DNA from: Beduini massiliensis
Lineage (GTDB): Bacteria; Bacillota_I; Bacilli_A; Erysipelotrichales; Coprobacillaceae
Direction of reading: 5' to 3'
NCBI RefSeq assembly: GCF_000829905.1
Contig: NZ_CDPP01000004.1
Location: 1-24,000, forward strand
Length of the DNA: 24,000 bases
The notes below the pieces were generated by a model that saw only the letters and a list, made by a program, of their open reading frames with translations, was not told the DNA's origin and searched no databases. The position numbers were made by a program, and so were the translations under genes. Of the stretch, positions 16,068 through 24,000 are shown in pieces (position 1 is the stretch's first letter; each line of letters starts with the position of its first letter).

Positions 16068-16070
16068 GCT

Positions 16071-16412
16071 TTATTCTGCACTTCGATTGCCAAACACGGC
16101 TTTTTCCAGTAAAGAAAGACGCTTTAAAATATCCACCTGCGGTGATAATTGTTCTTCCAAATTCTGAACACTTTCTTCCGCTACACTCTTATCACGTGAT
16201 AATTGTGCAATTTCTTCCTTTAATTTTTTATTTTCATTTTCCAATTCTTCCAATTCTTTATTGGCTAGTTCAATGATTTTCGCAAAATTTTCATAATCCG
16301 CTAAGATCGTATCCAAGAAATAATCTACCTCAGCAGAGTTATATCCTTTAAAATCAACTTTAAACTCCTTGTTTAATATCTTTTTAGGAGTTAACTGTAT
16401 TTTATAATCCAT
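16071..16412 (-). CDS. gpsB: Cell-cycle protein GpsB (DivIVA-domain PBP1 adaptor)
   Basis: 113 aa. It has a DivIVA-like N-domain (KKILNKEFKVDFKGYNSAEVDYFLD), a coiled coil, and the GpsB C-terminal signature DILKRLSLLEKAVFG. It is adjacent to rnpB as in B. subtilis. Confidence 0.9.
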   Translation of the reverse strand: MDYKIQLTPKKILNKEFKVDFKGYNSAEVDYFLDTILADYENFAKIIELANKELEELENENKKLKEEIAQLSRDKSVAEESVQNLEEQLSPQVDILKRLSLLEKAVFGNRSAE

Positions 16413-16534
16413 TCTATCACATCCTTATATTATATTTTACAAATAACGAGCAAAAAAGCAATACAAAAGCGCATTTTATATAAATTACTTTTAATCGCTT
16501 CAAAAAAACAGTATAATAGAAGCGGTGATAATAA

Positions 16535-17122
16535 ATGGTAAACTATCCAAATGGGATGAAAAAAAACATTTCTCAACCTGTATCTTCTTTAAAGCAAGAT
16601 ACAAGACACCGTGGTTATTCGTTGGAACAGGATCTTAATGAATCCAATGAATACTATCTCACTTTTGATAAGGCGGTCATTCATAAAAAACCAACGCCGA
16701 TCCAAATCGTGAAGGTGGATTATCCATCGCGAAGCTCTGCTAAGATCGTTGAAGCATATTTCAAGATTCCAAGCACGACAGATTACAATGGTATATATAA
16801 GGGAAAATATATTGACTTTGAAGCAAAAGAGATCAACAAGATGAGCTTTCCTTTTCAAAATATCCACCCCCATCAGATCGAACACTTAGATAAAGTGTTA
16901 AAACATGGCGGCATTGCATTTATTGTGATGGCTTTTACAAAATTAAGTGAGGTTTATCTGCTGGAAGCAGATTATATGATTGAAAAATACAACTCATCAA
17001 AAAAGAAATCACTTTCTTATGAAGAAATCAGTCAAAATGGGTATCGTATCCAATATGGATTTCGTCCTCGACTGGATTATTTAAAGATTGTAGATGAAGT
17101 ATTTTTTAAGGAGGAAAAATAA
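16535..17122 (+). CDS. recU: Holliday junction resolvase RecU
   Basis: 195 aa with RGYSLEQDLNESNEYY, VIHKKPTPIQIV and TDYNGIYKGKYIDFEAKE. It lies upstream of ponA as in B. subtilis. Confidence 0.92.
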   Translation: MVNYPNGMKKNISQPVSSLKQDTRHRGYSLEQDLNESNEYYLTFDKAVIHKKPTPIQIVKVDYPSRSSAKIVEAYFKIPSTTDYNGIYKGKYIDFEAKEINKMSFPFQNIHPHQIEHLDKVLKHGGIAFIVMAFTKLSEVYLLEADYMIEKYNSSKKKSLSYEEISQNGYRIQYGFRPRLDYLKIVDEVFFKEEK

Positions 17123-19933
17123 ATGACAAATACACCAAATGAAAATAACAGGCGACGACGAAGTCAGCCAAAGAAAGCAGATAAGGCGGCAAACAAGAAA
17201 CGTAATAAACGTATTATCTTTAGTGTCTTGAGTGTCCTCGTTGTTGCCGTGATTGGATATGGCATCTATTTTGTATATGGCATTATCAAATCAACCGATA
17301 CATTCAGCATTGAAAAGCTTGTTTCTCAGGAAGCAACAGAAATGTATGATGCGCAAGGCGGCAGCATGGGAATGTGGGGAAATGATGAGGCCGGCACCAG
17401 AGAAAACATTACATACGAGCAATTACCGCAAGTATTAGTCGATGCCGTTGTGGCAACGGAAGATTCACGTTACTTTGATCATAACGGATTTGACTTGCCT
17501 CGTATCATCAAAGCTGCATTTGGGAACCTGCTGGCTGGAGATATTACCAGTGGTGGATCTACGATCACTCAGCAGTTAATCAAAAAATCTTACTACCCTG
17601 ACGAACATACGAATCGTTGGCAAAGAAAAATCGGTGAGATTTATTTGGCAATACAAGCAGACAGCCAATTAGATAAGGAAAAAATATTAGAGCTTTACTT
17701 AAATAAGATTGCTTTTGGTCGTGGAAACAAGACCATCGGGATTCAAGCTGCAAGTAAATATTACTTTGATAAAGATGTTTCTGAATTAACTTTACCAGAA
17801 GCCGCTTTATTAGCCGGAACATTGAATGCACCGGATGCTTTTGATCCTTATTATCACCTTGAAGCAGCCACCCAAAGACGTGATACTGTTTTAGATTTAA
17901 TGTATCGCCATGGCTATATTTCAGAAGATGAAATGAACGCTACAAAACAAATCAAAATTGAAAACACATTAAAGAAAAGTGCTAATGCTGATAACGATTA
18001 TACCAACTATGCAAGTTATACGGACACTGTTCTTTCTGAATACTATGAATTAGCTAAGTCAGGAAAATATCCTGAACTTGCCGGATTAGATCCTTTAGAA
18101 ACGCCAATGGAAATTCATACGTTTATGGACCCGGATGCTCAATCTTATGCAGATTCGATCGCTTCTGGAGAATTATTTAACTTCTATGATGATAACTTAG
18201 AACTAGGTGCCAGTGTTCAAGATACACACACCGGAAAAATTATTGCTGTCATCGGCGGACGCCATTATACCGGCGTTACAACACCGGAACGTGAAGCGGT
18301 TGAAACAGCACCAATCAATTACGCATTAGAAAAACATCAGCCGGGTTCTTCGCTAAAACCAATTATTTCTTACTGTGCCGCTTTTGAATTCTTAGACTGG
18401 TCAACCGGTCAAAGTGTTTCCAATGAAGCGTATACAACACCGGAAGGACACAAAGTCAATAACTGGGACTTCTCGGTAGGCGGGGATGTGCAATTACAAG
18501 AAGCACTTCGTAATTCATTAAATTTACCGGCAATTCATACGTTTAATCAAGTACTGGAAAAAATTACTCTGTCCGATTATCAAAAATATGTTGAAGGATT
18601 CGGTTTTGATTTAAGTGATGAATCTTTCAATACCACTTACTCTATCGGATCTTGGGATCATGGAATTACACCGATCCAAGGTGCGGGAGCATATGCAACG
18701 TTATCAAATAACGGAAATTACATCCAACCGCATACGATTGACTACATTATCCTAAAAGATACCGGAACAAAAATTGATATTCACAATTCAATCACACCGA
18801 CACAAGCATTATCTGCAGAATCTTCATTTATGATTCAGCAAGTATTAAAAACGTTCGCAAAAACACAATATATCGGAACAAACATCAATTATAACTTAGC
18901 TGCAAAATCCGGAACAAGTGACTGGGGAGATGAAGGGGTACGATTTGGTATTCCTCAAGGTGCGAATAAAGACAGCTGGTTCCAAGGCTATACCGAAGAC
19001 TTAGCCGTATCTGTCTGGGTCGGTTATCCGGGAAGCATCGCTTCTGCTTATGGTTATTATCTAAGTTATGATCAAACGAATTTTGGCAGCAAGATCGGAG
19101 CAATGCTGATCGATCATATCCAAAATGGAACTACCGTAAACAGTTATACTCAACCAAGCGGTGTTTCTCAAGCAACAATGGTAAAAGGAATCACGCCTTA
19201 TATGAAGCCGGATTCTTCTACTCCATCAGACAGTGTCATCACAGCCTGGTTTAAAAACAGCAACATGCCAAAAGATTACAGTTTAGCAAGTCAGTTAGCA
19301 GCCTTAACATCTTTCGATGTAACCGGTGAAGCAAATAACTTAAATGTTAAATTCGGTGCTTATGATAAATCAGCAGATGATAAAAACGTGGTCAATATCT
19401 ATGGAGACGCTATCTACGGTGTAGAAGTGCGTGATCCGGATACAGGTGCCATTCTTTACAGTCAAACAAGTGAGACACCGGAATTCAAATTAAATTACAC
19501 ACCAGAAAAGAGTGTCGTTATAGTTGGGTTCTACACACGTTCAAAAGCATTGACGATTCGTTCGTCAGAAAAATCAGTCAATGTGACGATTAAACCAAAG
19601 ACCGCAGAATATACAGTGAACTACTATAAAGACAATGTCTTATTTAAGTCTGAAAAAGGGACCGGAACAATCGGTGCGACCATAACAGCAGATGTCACAA
19701 AATATCAAGATGCTGCTTATAACACCGGTGTTGCTAATCCTACTTCAATTAAGATTGCGGCAGATGGAAGTTCTGTGATTAATGTCTACTACACCAAAAA
19801 GACTCCAACACCCCCTGCTGAAACACCAGGAGGATCGACCGGTGGAAATGACAACACAACCAATAATGGCGGAAACAGTGGTACAGGTAACAACCAAAAT
19901 GGCAATGGAACCACTCAAACCCCTAGCAGTTAA
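17123..19933 (+). CDS. ponA: Class A penicillin-binding protein PBP1 (glycosyltransferase + transpeptidase) with an extended C-terminus
   Basis: 936 aa with an N-terminal TM anchor. GT51 motifs are EDSRYFDHNGFD, GGSTITQQL and RKIGE. Transpeptidase motifs are SSLK (SxxK), SLN (SxN) and KSG (KTG-like). The ATG follows directly after the recU TAA, with AAGGAGG upstream. The C-terminus has beta-rich modules and an N/G/T-rich tail. Confidence 0.93.
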   Translation: MTNTPNENNRRRRSQPKKADKAANKKRNKRIIFSVLSVLVVAVIGYGIYFVYGIIKSTDTFSIEKLVSQEATEMYDAQGGSMGMWGNDEAGTRENITYEQLPQVLVDAVVATEDSRYFDHNGFDLPRIIKAAFGNLLAGDITSGGSTITQQLIKKSYYPDEHTNRWQRKIGEIYLAIQADSQLDKEKILELYLNKIAFGRGNKTIGIQAASKYYFDKDVSELTLPEAALLAGTLNAPDAFDPYYHLEAATQRRDTVLDLMYRHGYISEDEMNATKQIKIENTLKKSANADNDYTNYASYTDTVLSEYYELAKSGKYPELAGLDPLETPMEIHTFMDPDAQSYADSIASGELFNFYDDNLELGASVQDTHTGKIIAVIGGRHYTGVTTPEREAVETAPINYALEKHQPGSSLKPIISYCAAFEFLDWSTGQSVSNEAYTTPEGHKVNNWDFSVGGDVQLQEALRNSLNLPAIHTFNQVLEKITLSDYQKYVEGFGFDLSDESFNTTYSIGSWDHGITPIQGAGAYATLSNNGNYIQPHTIDYIILKDTGTKIDIHNSITPTQALSAESSFMIQQVLKTFAKTQYIGTNINYNLAAKSGTSDWGDEGVRFGIPQGANKDSWFQGYTEDLAVSVWVGYPGSIASAYGYYLSYDQTNFGSKIGAMLIDHIQNGTTVNSYTQPSGVSQATMVKGITPYMKPDSSTPSDSVITAWFKNSNMPKDYSLASQLAALTSFDVTGEANNLNVKFGAYDKSADDKNVVNIYGDAIYGVEVRDPDTGAILYSQTSETPEFKLNYTPEKSVVIVGFYTRSKALTIRSSEKSVNVTIKPKTAEYTVNYYKDNVLFKSEKGTGTIGATITADVTKYQDAAYNTGVANPTSIKIAADGSSVINVYYTKKTPTPPAETPGGSTGGNDNTTNNGGNSGTGNNQNGNGTTQTPSS

Positions 19934-19960
19934 GCAGAAGGATTACCTTCTGCTTTTTTA
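19934..19960 (+). terminator. Rho-independent terminator after ponA
   Basis: Stem GCAGAAGG / CCTTCTGC with loop ATTA, followed by TTTTTT. Confidence 0.88.
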
Positions 19961-19984
19961 TTATATTTAACAACATTGATCTCA

Positions 19985-20010
19985 TAAAAAAACGTTTCAT
20001 CAAGAAACGC
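19985..20010 (-). terminator. Rho-independent terminator after nth
   Basis: The minus strand reads GCGTTTC-TTGAT-GAAACGT followed by a T7 run. It overlaps the nth TAG and is convergent with the ponA terminator. Confidence 0.65.
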
Positions 20011-20672
20011 TAATTTTCATTCATATGTTTAGTTTTTATAGCTTTACGTTTAGGTTCTTTGCAAATATCATACAAAGGACATTCATAACAAGTGGGATTG
20101 GTCGCTTTACAAAAATAACGACCAAAGAAGATAAATTGATGATGCCCCTTAATCCAGCGCTCTTTCGGGATAGCTTTCATCAGCTTCTTTTCTACTGTTA
20201 GCACTGAATCATCCCATTTAGCAAAGCCTAATCGCTTCGAGATTCTTTCCACATGTGTATCGACCGCAAATGCTGGCTGCCCAAAAGCTACGGATACGAC
20301 TACATTCGCCGTCTTTTTCCCTACTCCGGGCAGAGTTGTAAGTTCTTCGATTGTATGAGGAACTTCCCCGTTGAATTGTTCTAGCAGCTGAATGGACATA
20401 TTATGTAATGACTTTGCTTTATTGCGATACAGCCCGATTGTTTTAATATCTTTTTCAATCTGTGCTAAGGGGGCTTCAGCAAAATCTTTTGGACCTTTAT
20501 ATTTTTCAAATAACGTTTTTGTCAGCTTGTTCACACTTTGATCGGTTGTCTGAGCGGATAACATGACCGCTACCAGTAACTCAAACTCATTGTGATGAAC
20601 CAATTCACAATAGGCATCCGGAAACATCTCATCCAATGTGTTCAATATTAAATCTAATTTATGTTTAATCAT
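20010..20672 (-). CDS. nth: Endonuclease III (DNA-(apurinic/apyrimidinic site) lyase)
   Basis: 220 aa. It has the HhH-GPD motif (LPGVGKKTANVV…VDTHV) and a C-terminal 4Fe-4S motif C-x6-C-x2-C-x5-C (CKATNPTCYECPLYDIC). Confidence 0.95.
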   Translation of the reverse strand: MIKHKLDLILNTLDEMFPDAYCELVHHNEFELLVAVMLSAQTTDQSVNKLTKTLFEKYKGPKDFAEAPLAQIEKDIKTIGLYRNKAKSLHNMSIQLLEQFNGEVPHTIEELTTLPGVGKKTANVVVSVAFGQPAFAVDTHVERISKRLGFAKWDDSVLTVEKKLMKAIPKERWIKGHHQFIFFGRYFCKATNPTCYECPLYDICKEPKRKAIKTKHMNEN

Positions 20673-21273
20673 CTTCTTCCCACCACCTATACTCTACTAA
20701 TTCCTCTTCATTACCGCTGGGTTCAATCGGTTCCGCACCAGAACGGCGCACACCATTTTGCGACCAGTTAATCAAAATCTTTTCGATATAGCGAAATGAA
20801 TGGACATTGCTTAAGGCCGCTTCTTTCAAAGCATCTAAAATGAATTGATCACTGTAGCCACTTTGTTTCCAGCTCTTGATTGTTTCCAATTCCATTGGTG
20901 TTAAAGCTTTGGCAAATTCATTTTCAAAAGCTTCCACCAGATTGATTCCTTTTGATCTCTCCGCTTGTTCCACAGGAGCATCAAACACTAATCGCTTATA
21001 AAAAGCATCTAATGAGATTGAGGTCCCGATCAGATTAATCATCTTTTTATTGACTAGCCCGACTAACACACTGTCAATCACTTTGTCATCTAAATGCACA
21101 TAGTGAGTTAACATCTCATAATTAATCCCTTTTTGACCGGAAGCTTGTAATGTCATAATTAAAAGCAGGATCAGAATTTCGTTCTCATTTAAACCCAATG
21201 CCTTATATTTAAGAATTGCCAGTCCCTTTAAATCAATTAAATTATGTTCCTTTAAAAATACATCCATCTTCAT
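20665..21273 (-). CDS. dnaD: Replication initiation / membrane attachment protein DnaD
   Basis: 202 aa. It has an N-terminal winged-helix-like region and a DnaD/DnaB_2 C-domain (…LTPMELETIKSWKQSGYSDQFILDALKEAALSNVHSFRYIEKILINW). It is adjacent to nth as in B. subtilis. Confidence 0.85.
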   Translation of the reverse strand: MKMDVFLKEHNLIDLKGLAILKYKALGLNENEILILLLIMTLQASGQKGINYEMLTHYVHLDDKVIDSVLVGLVNKKMINLIGTSISLDAFYKRLVFDAPVEQAERSKGINLVEAFENEFAKALTPMELETIKSWKQSGYSDQFILDALKEAALSNVHSFRYIEKILINWSQNGVRRSGAEPIEPSGNEEELVEYRWWEEDD

Positions 21274-21740
21274 TACTTCCCTAATTCATAAAATTTTATT
21301 TCACTGCCGTCTTGTGCATTTAAGTAGATATACTGGGTAACATTCCCTAAATTCTGACGACATAAATAACTAATCATTTTATTTTCATAACCTAATTCCA
21401 AGGTACTGAAATCCGTGACATTATAATCTGAAGTCAAGCGTTCTTTCACTAAATCTAATTGAAGTGTCTGCAGCTCCTCTTTTTTTACCATTTGATAATC
21501 GCTGTTAAAAACATAAACATTTTCTTCGTCCTGTCCAATATAATAAATATCCTGACTGTTATACTGAGAAAATTCACTAAAAGAGTCAATTTTGTTGATT
21601 GCCATCGCTTCTTTTTTAGCGTTCAATACTTTATTTTCTGCTCTGTTATAGGGTTCATGAAAAAAATAAATGAACCCGCTGATAAAAATTAAAATCACGG
21701 ATAACGTGATGAGTAACACATAAAATTTTCCTTTTTTCAT
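21273..21740 (-). CDS. Membrane-anchored PepSY-type protein, TseB/YpmB-like
   Basis: 155 aa with an N-terminal TM segment (FYVLLITLSVILIFISGFIYFF). The extracytoplasmic domain has the YpmB-like pattern (…IYYIGQDEENVYVFN…LELGYENKMISYL…YIYLNAQDGSEI). Its stop overlaps the dnaD start (TAATG). The family assignment is by pattern only. Confidence 0.5.
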   Translation of the reverse strand: MKKGKFYVLLITLSVILIFISGFIYFFHEPYNRAENKVLNAKKEAMAINKIDSFSEFSQYNSQDIYYIGQDEENVYVFNSDYQMVKKEELQTLQLDLVKERLTSDYNVTDFSTLELGYENKMISYLCRQNLGNVTQYIYLNAQDGSEIKFYELGK

Positions 21741-21756
21741 AATCCCTCCGACTTTT

Positions 21757-21784
21757 ATTATACACCAATGTATTTTAGGTGCAA
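21757..21784 (-). promoter_or_regulatory. Putative sigma-A promoter of the tseB-like-dnaD-nth operon
   Basis: Minus strand: TTGCAC (21784..21779), a 16-nt spacer, then TATAAT (21762..21757). Confidence 0.6.
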
Positions 21785-21811
21785 AGAAAAATCCTTTATA
21801 TCTAAAGGATT
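21785..21811 (-). terminator. Rho-independent terminator after the yugP-like gene
   Basis: A 9-bp stem AATCCTTTA / TAAAGGATT (21790-98 / 21803-11) with a 4-nt loop. It is followed on the minus strand by TTTTTCTTT and overlaps the stop codon. Confidence 0.75.
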
Positions 21812-22496
21812 AATCTCTTCTTGAACTTCCTAATACCAATAAAAGCAAACGCAAGATGGATAACAATGAAGCGGCTACGGCTGCTACATAAGTCATTGCG
21901 GCAGCAGACAACATTTGACTTGCTCCGCCAACCTCACTTGCCGGAATCATTCCCGTATCTAAAATTTCCAACGCTCTGCTTGATGCATTGAATTCAACCG
22001 GTAATGTTAACAGCTGAAACAATAAAATGGCGCTGATCAAAACGATTCCCAATAATGCGATGTTTAATTCACCCATAGCAAAACCAATAAATAAAACGAT
22101 ATATCCTGCCCACTGTGACACATTGAATAAAGGCACTAAAGCATTACGATAAACCAATGAACGATATCCCACTTGATGCTGAATGGCATGCCCGCATTCG
22201 TGCGCAGCTACCGCAATAGATGCAATACTATGCCCATTATACACATCACGAGATAAATTCACAGTTTTATTTTTAGGATTATAATGATCACTTAGTTTCC
22301 CATTGACAACGTTGATTTCAACATCCTGCAACCCATTTTGATCTAAGATACGCCGAGCTGTTTCATAACCCGTCAGTCCGCTGCTTGAAGGAATTTTACT
22401 ATATTTACCATAAGCGCTCTGCACCTTCATCTGTGCTCCCATCGTTAAAATGGCCCCAATAAATAATAGTAAATAACCAAACATATAATAATTCAT
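21810..22496 (-). CDS. Membrane zinc metallopeptidase, YugP-like (Zn_peptidase_2 family)
   Basis: 228 aa from MNYYMFGYLLL…. It has the HExxH motif (AAHECGHAIQH) and flanking TM helices, and the N-terminal pattern MKVQSAYGKYS is typical of the family. The start is at the ATG preceded by GAGGTGAGAGG, and the track's 14-codon extension is rejected. Confidence 0.8.
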   Translation of the reverse strand: MNYYMFGYLLLFIGAILTMGAQMKVQSAYGKYSKIPSSSGLTGYETARRILDQNGLQDVEINVVNGKLSDHYNPKNKTVNLSRDVYNGHSIASIAVAAHECGHAIQHQVGYRSLVYRNALVPLFNVSQWAGYIVLFIGFAMGELNIALLGIVLISAILLFQLLTLPVEFNASSRALEILDTGMIPASEVGGASQMLSAAAMTYVAAVAASLLSILRLLLLVLGSSRRD

Positions 22497-22552
22497 ACCT
22501 CTCACCTCGAGTCTATTATACACTACTATTATGAACAATATATTGCAAATAA

Positions 22553-22579
22553 TAAAAAAGATGCATCGAATGCATCTTA
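22553..22579 (-). terminator. Rho-independent terminator after hbs
   Basis: Stem AAGATGCAT / ATGCATCTT with a 3-nt loop. It is followed on the minus strand by TTTTTTATT and overlaps the TAA. Confidence 0.85.
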
Positions 22580-22852
22580 GCTGTTCATTGAATCTTTCAA
22601 ACGGTTACTAGGTTTAAATGTTAAAGTTTTTGAAGCTGGAATTGTCATGATTTCTTTTGTTTTTGGACTGACACCTTTTCTTTCTTTGCGATGATTTACT
22701 TTAAAAGTACCAAATCCAGAAATCAATACTTTATTCCCCTCTAGTAAACTATCTGTAATTGTATCAAACACTGTATCTACTAAATCTTCTGCTTCTTTTT
22801 TTGTTAATTCTTTTTTAACAGATACAGCTTCCACAAGTTCTTTCTTATTCAT
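22577..22852 (-). CDS. hbs: DNA-binding protein HU
   Basis: 91 aa: MNKKELVEAVS…GFGTFKVNHRKERKGVSPKTKEIMTIPASKTLTFKPS. This is the classic HU/IHF fold signature. The RBS is GGAGG. Confidence 0.93.
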   Translation of the reverse strand: MNKKELVEAVSVKKELTKKEAEDLVDTVFDTITDSLLEGNKVLISGFGTFKVNHRKERKGVSPKTKEIMTIPASKTLTFKPSNRLKDSMNS

Positions 22853-22887
22853 TTCAAAACCTCCATACGTGAATATTGAACGTGTTT

Positions 22888-22916
22888 ATAATACCATTTT
22901 TCATGCTTTAGTTCAA
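22888..22916 (-). promoter_or_regulatory. Putative sigma-A promoter of hbs
   Basis: Minus strand: TTGAAC (22916..22911), a 17-nt spacer, then TGGTATTAT (extended -10, hexamer at 22893..22888). Confidence 0.6.
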
Positions 22917-22941
22917 TAAAATTCGTCAAAAAACGCATCAA

Positions 22942-24000
22942 CTAAAGGACGATCGCAATGACGTTCGTTTTTCCTTTATTCACGATTTTAGACAGAATAT
23001 CATGAATGCGCTGACAAGTTGCTTCCGGGATCGTTCCCAGCTTCATTTTCATACTTTCACTGATGACATCCCCTAGTTTTCGGCCAAACACTTCACAGTC
23101 ATAGATGGCTTGCGGATTCGTACTGTGTTCTTTCATCAAGTAATCAATAAACATTTCCGCCTGCTGTTTTGATCCGATAATCGGTTCAAAAGCATTCTCA
23201 ACTTCTACCTTCACCATATGAATAGTGCTGGCTTTAGAGATCATTTTAATTCCATAGCGAGGTCCTTGTTTAACCACAATGGGTTCAGAAAGTTCGATGT
23301 CCAACAGATCCGGCAAAGCAAAGCCATAACCAGTATGCTGTACCATGCTCAAAGCACTGGAAATATGATCATACTCGTTTTTCGCCATCACCAACTGCTG
23401 CAGCAATTTAATAAACTCCGCTTTATCAATCATATCAGAACCAAGAATTTCCTTTAGAATATCATTATATAACCCGCTCTTAATGCGGATATCCACACAA
23501 GCGCTGCCGGTTGATGTATTAATATCGACGATCTTTGATTCTTCGATCGAATTGAAAGAAGAAAGCTTACTAATTACATTTTTAACATCTCTTAATTTAT
23601 GAATCTCACTTAATGATTCTACCAAACTATTGTCAATATCTTGTTTTAACCAATGGCTTTTATCCAATACAGCGACCCATTTAGGCACATTGATCTTTAC
23701 TTCTGTAACAGGAAATTCATAGAGTGATTGTTTCAAGATATTTTGAATATCGTCCCCTGTCATATCCGCAATGCTCATCGGTAAGATAGGGACATCATAT
23801 TTTTCTTTTAAATGACTCACGCAGCTTTCACAATTAAAGCTATAAGGGTCCGTTGTATTCACAACAATAATAAACGGTTTTCCGATGGCTGTTAATTCCT
23901 CGATGACCTGTTCTTCACTTTCAACATAGCAGTCACGATCAATATCGGTAATACTTCCGTCTGTTGTCACGACTATTCCAATTGTAGAGTGATCTTGAAT
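22942..24000 (-). CDS. spoIVA: Stage IV sporulation protein A (SpoIVA), C-terminal ~350 aa; N-terminus lies beyond the right edge
   Basis: The frame is open to position 24000 (…IQDHSTIGIVVTTDGSITDI…), so the track's 'M' at 23970 is an internal GTG (Val). The sequence parallels B. subtilis SpoIVA throughout (VVTTDG…EERVIEEL…GKPF…YDVPILPMS…LYEFPV…HWL…GYG…GxRxGxK…IHM…KVxVE…IAIxL, recalled). Confidence 0.93.
   Translation of the reverse strand: MQDHSTIGIVVTTDGSITDIDRDCYVESEEQVIEELTAIGKPFIIVVNTTDPYSFNCESCVSHLKEKYDVPILPMSIADMTGDDIQNILKQSLYEFPVTEVKINVPKWVAVLDKSHWLKQDIDNSLVESLSEIHKLRDVKNVISKLSSFNSIEESKIVDINTSTGSACVDIRIKSGLYNDILKEILGSDMIDKAEFIKLLQQLVMAKNEYDHISSALSMVQHTGYGFALPDLLDIELSEPIVVKQGPRYGIKMISKASTIHMVKVEVENAFEPIIGSKQQAEMFIDYLMKEHSTNPQAIYDCEVFGRKLGDVISESMKMKLGTIPEATCQRIHDILSKIVNKGKTNVIAIVL

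Noticed and set aside
19802-19930. Repetitive GGN/AAC/ACN codons at the ponA 3' end, considered as a possible DNA tandem repeat or contingency locus.
   Set aside because: There is no exact repeat unit at the DNA level. It encodes a compositionally biased (N/G/T/Q/P) disordered tail of the kind known for PBP1.
22497-22538. 14-codon N-terminal extension of the YugP-like peptidase. There are similar extensions of spoVS (9752-9775), the small orphan gene (9432-9470) and ymdB (10567-10572).
   Set aside because: In each case a downstream ATG has a properly spaced Shine-Dalgarno sequence. That ATG also matches the N-terminus expected from homologues or the promoter layout.
936-23457. Short ORFs in the six-frame track that lie antisense to, or in alternative frames of, the annotated genes. 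These are 936-1142+, 1363-1557+, 1696-2034+, 1716-1913-, 2936-3169+, 3927-4109+, 4692-4880+, 4970-5179+ and 6643-6825+. Also 6846-7052+, 8201-8470+, 8487-8669+, 12414-12671+, 13380-13619+, 14212-14436+ and 16052-16276+. Also 16589-16885-, 17253-17438+, 17580-17831-, 18885-19103-, 19782-19970+, 21459-21692+ and 23218-23457+.
   Set aside because: Each one overlaps a gene with unmistakable homology. Their translations are low-complexity (F/I/L/S/N-rich), as expected from reading AT-rich coding DNA in the wrong frame. None has a convincing RBS.

Overview
AT-rich core-chromosome window from a spore-forming low-GC Bacillota genome. The 127-nt 16S fragment at the left edge looks Erysipelotrichaceae / 'Clostridium ramosum group'-like by eye, which is tentative. 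I can support 23 protein genes, 2 stable-RNA genes (the 5' end of 16S rRNA and a type-B RNase P RNA), and a set of intrinsic terminators and sigma-A-type promoters. The genes form two blocks that each mirror Bacillus subtilis synteny. Block 1, all on the minus strand, is rodZ-pgsA-cinA(C-domain only)-recA | rny-ymdB-spoVS-[orphan small gene] | miaB-ricA(ymcA)-cotE-mutS-mutL-[DUF360 membrane protein]-miaA-dtd, followed by an rrn operon. Block 2 is spoIVA | hbs | yugP-like | tseB-like-dnaD-nth on the minus strand, recU-ponA on the plus strand, and gpsB-rnpB on the minus strand. I found no mobile elements, CRISPR arrays, toxin-antitoxin pairs or defence-type clusters, and I do not see a convincing novel multi-gene system. 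This reads as an ordinary housekeeping and sporulation region. The most unusual items are: (1) MiaA carries an extra C-terminal ~100 aa that aligns to the N-terminal half of methionine sulfoxide reductase MsrA but lacks the catalytic Cys, and it is translationally coupled to dtd; (2) a 75-aa orphan protein next to spoVS has its own near-consensus promoter, RBS and terminator; (3) terminator hairpins sit inside the rny-ymdB-spoVS string with no room for downstream promoters; (4) a second long terminator-like structure in the recA-rny spacer may mark a short transcript. All homology calls come from motif recognition and remembered reference sequences, not from database searches.
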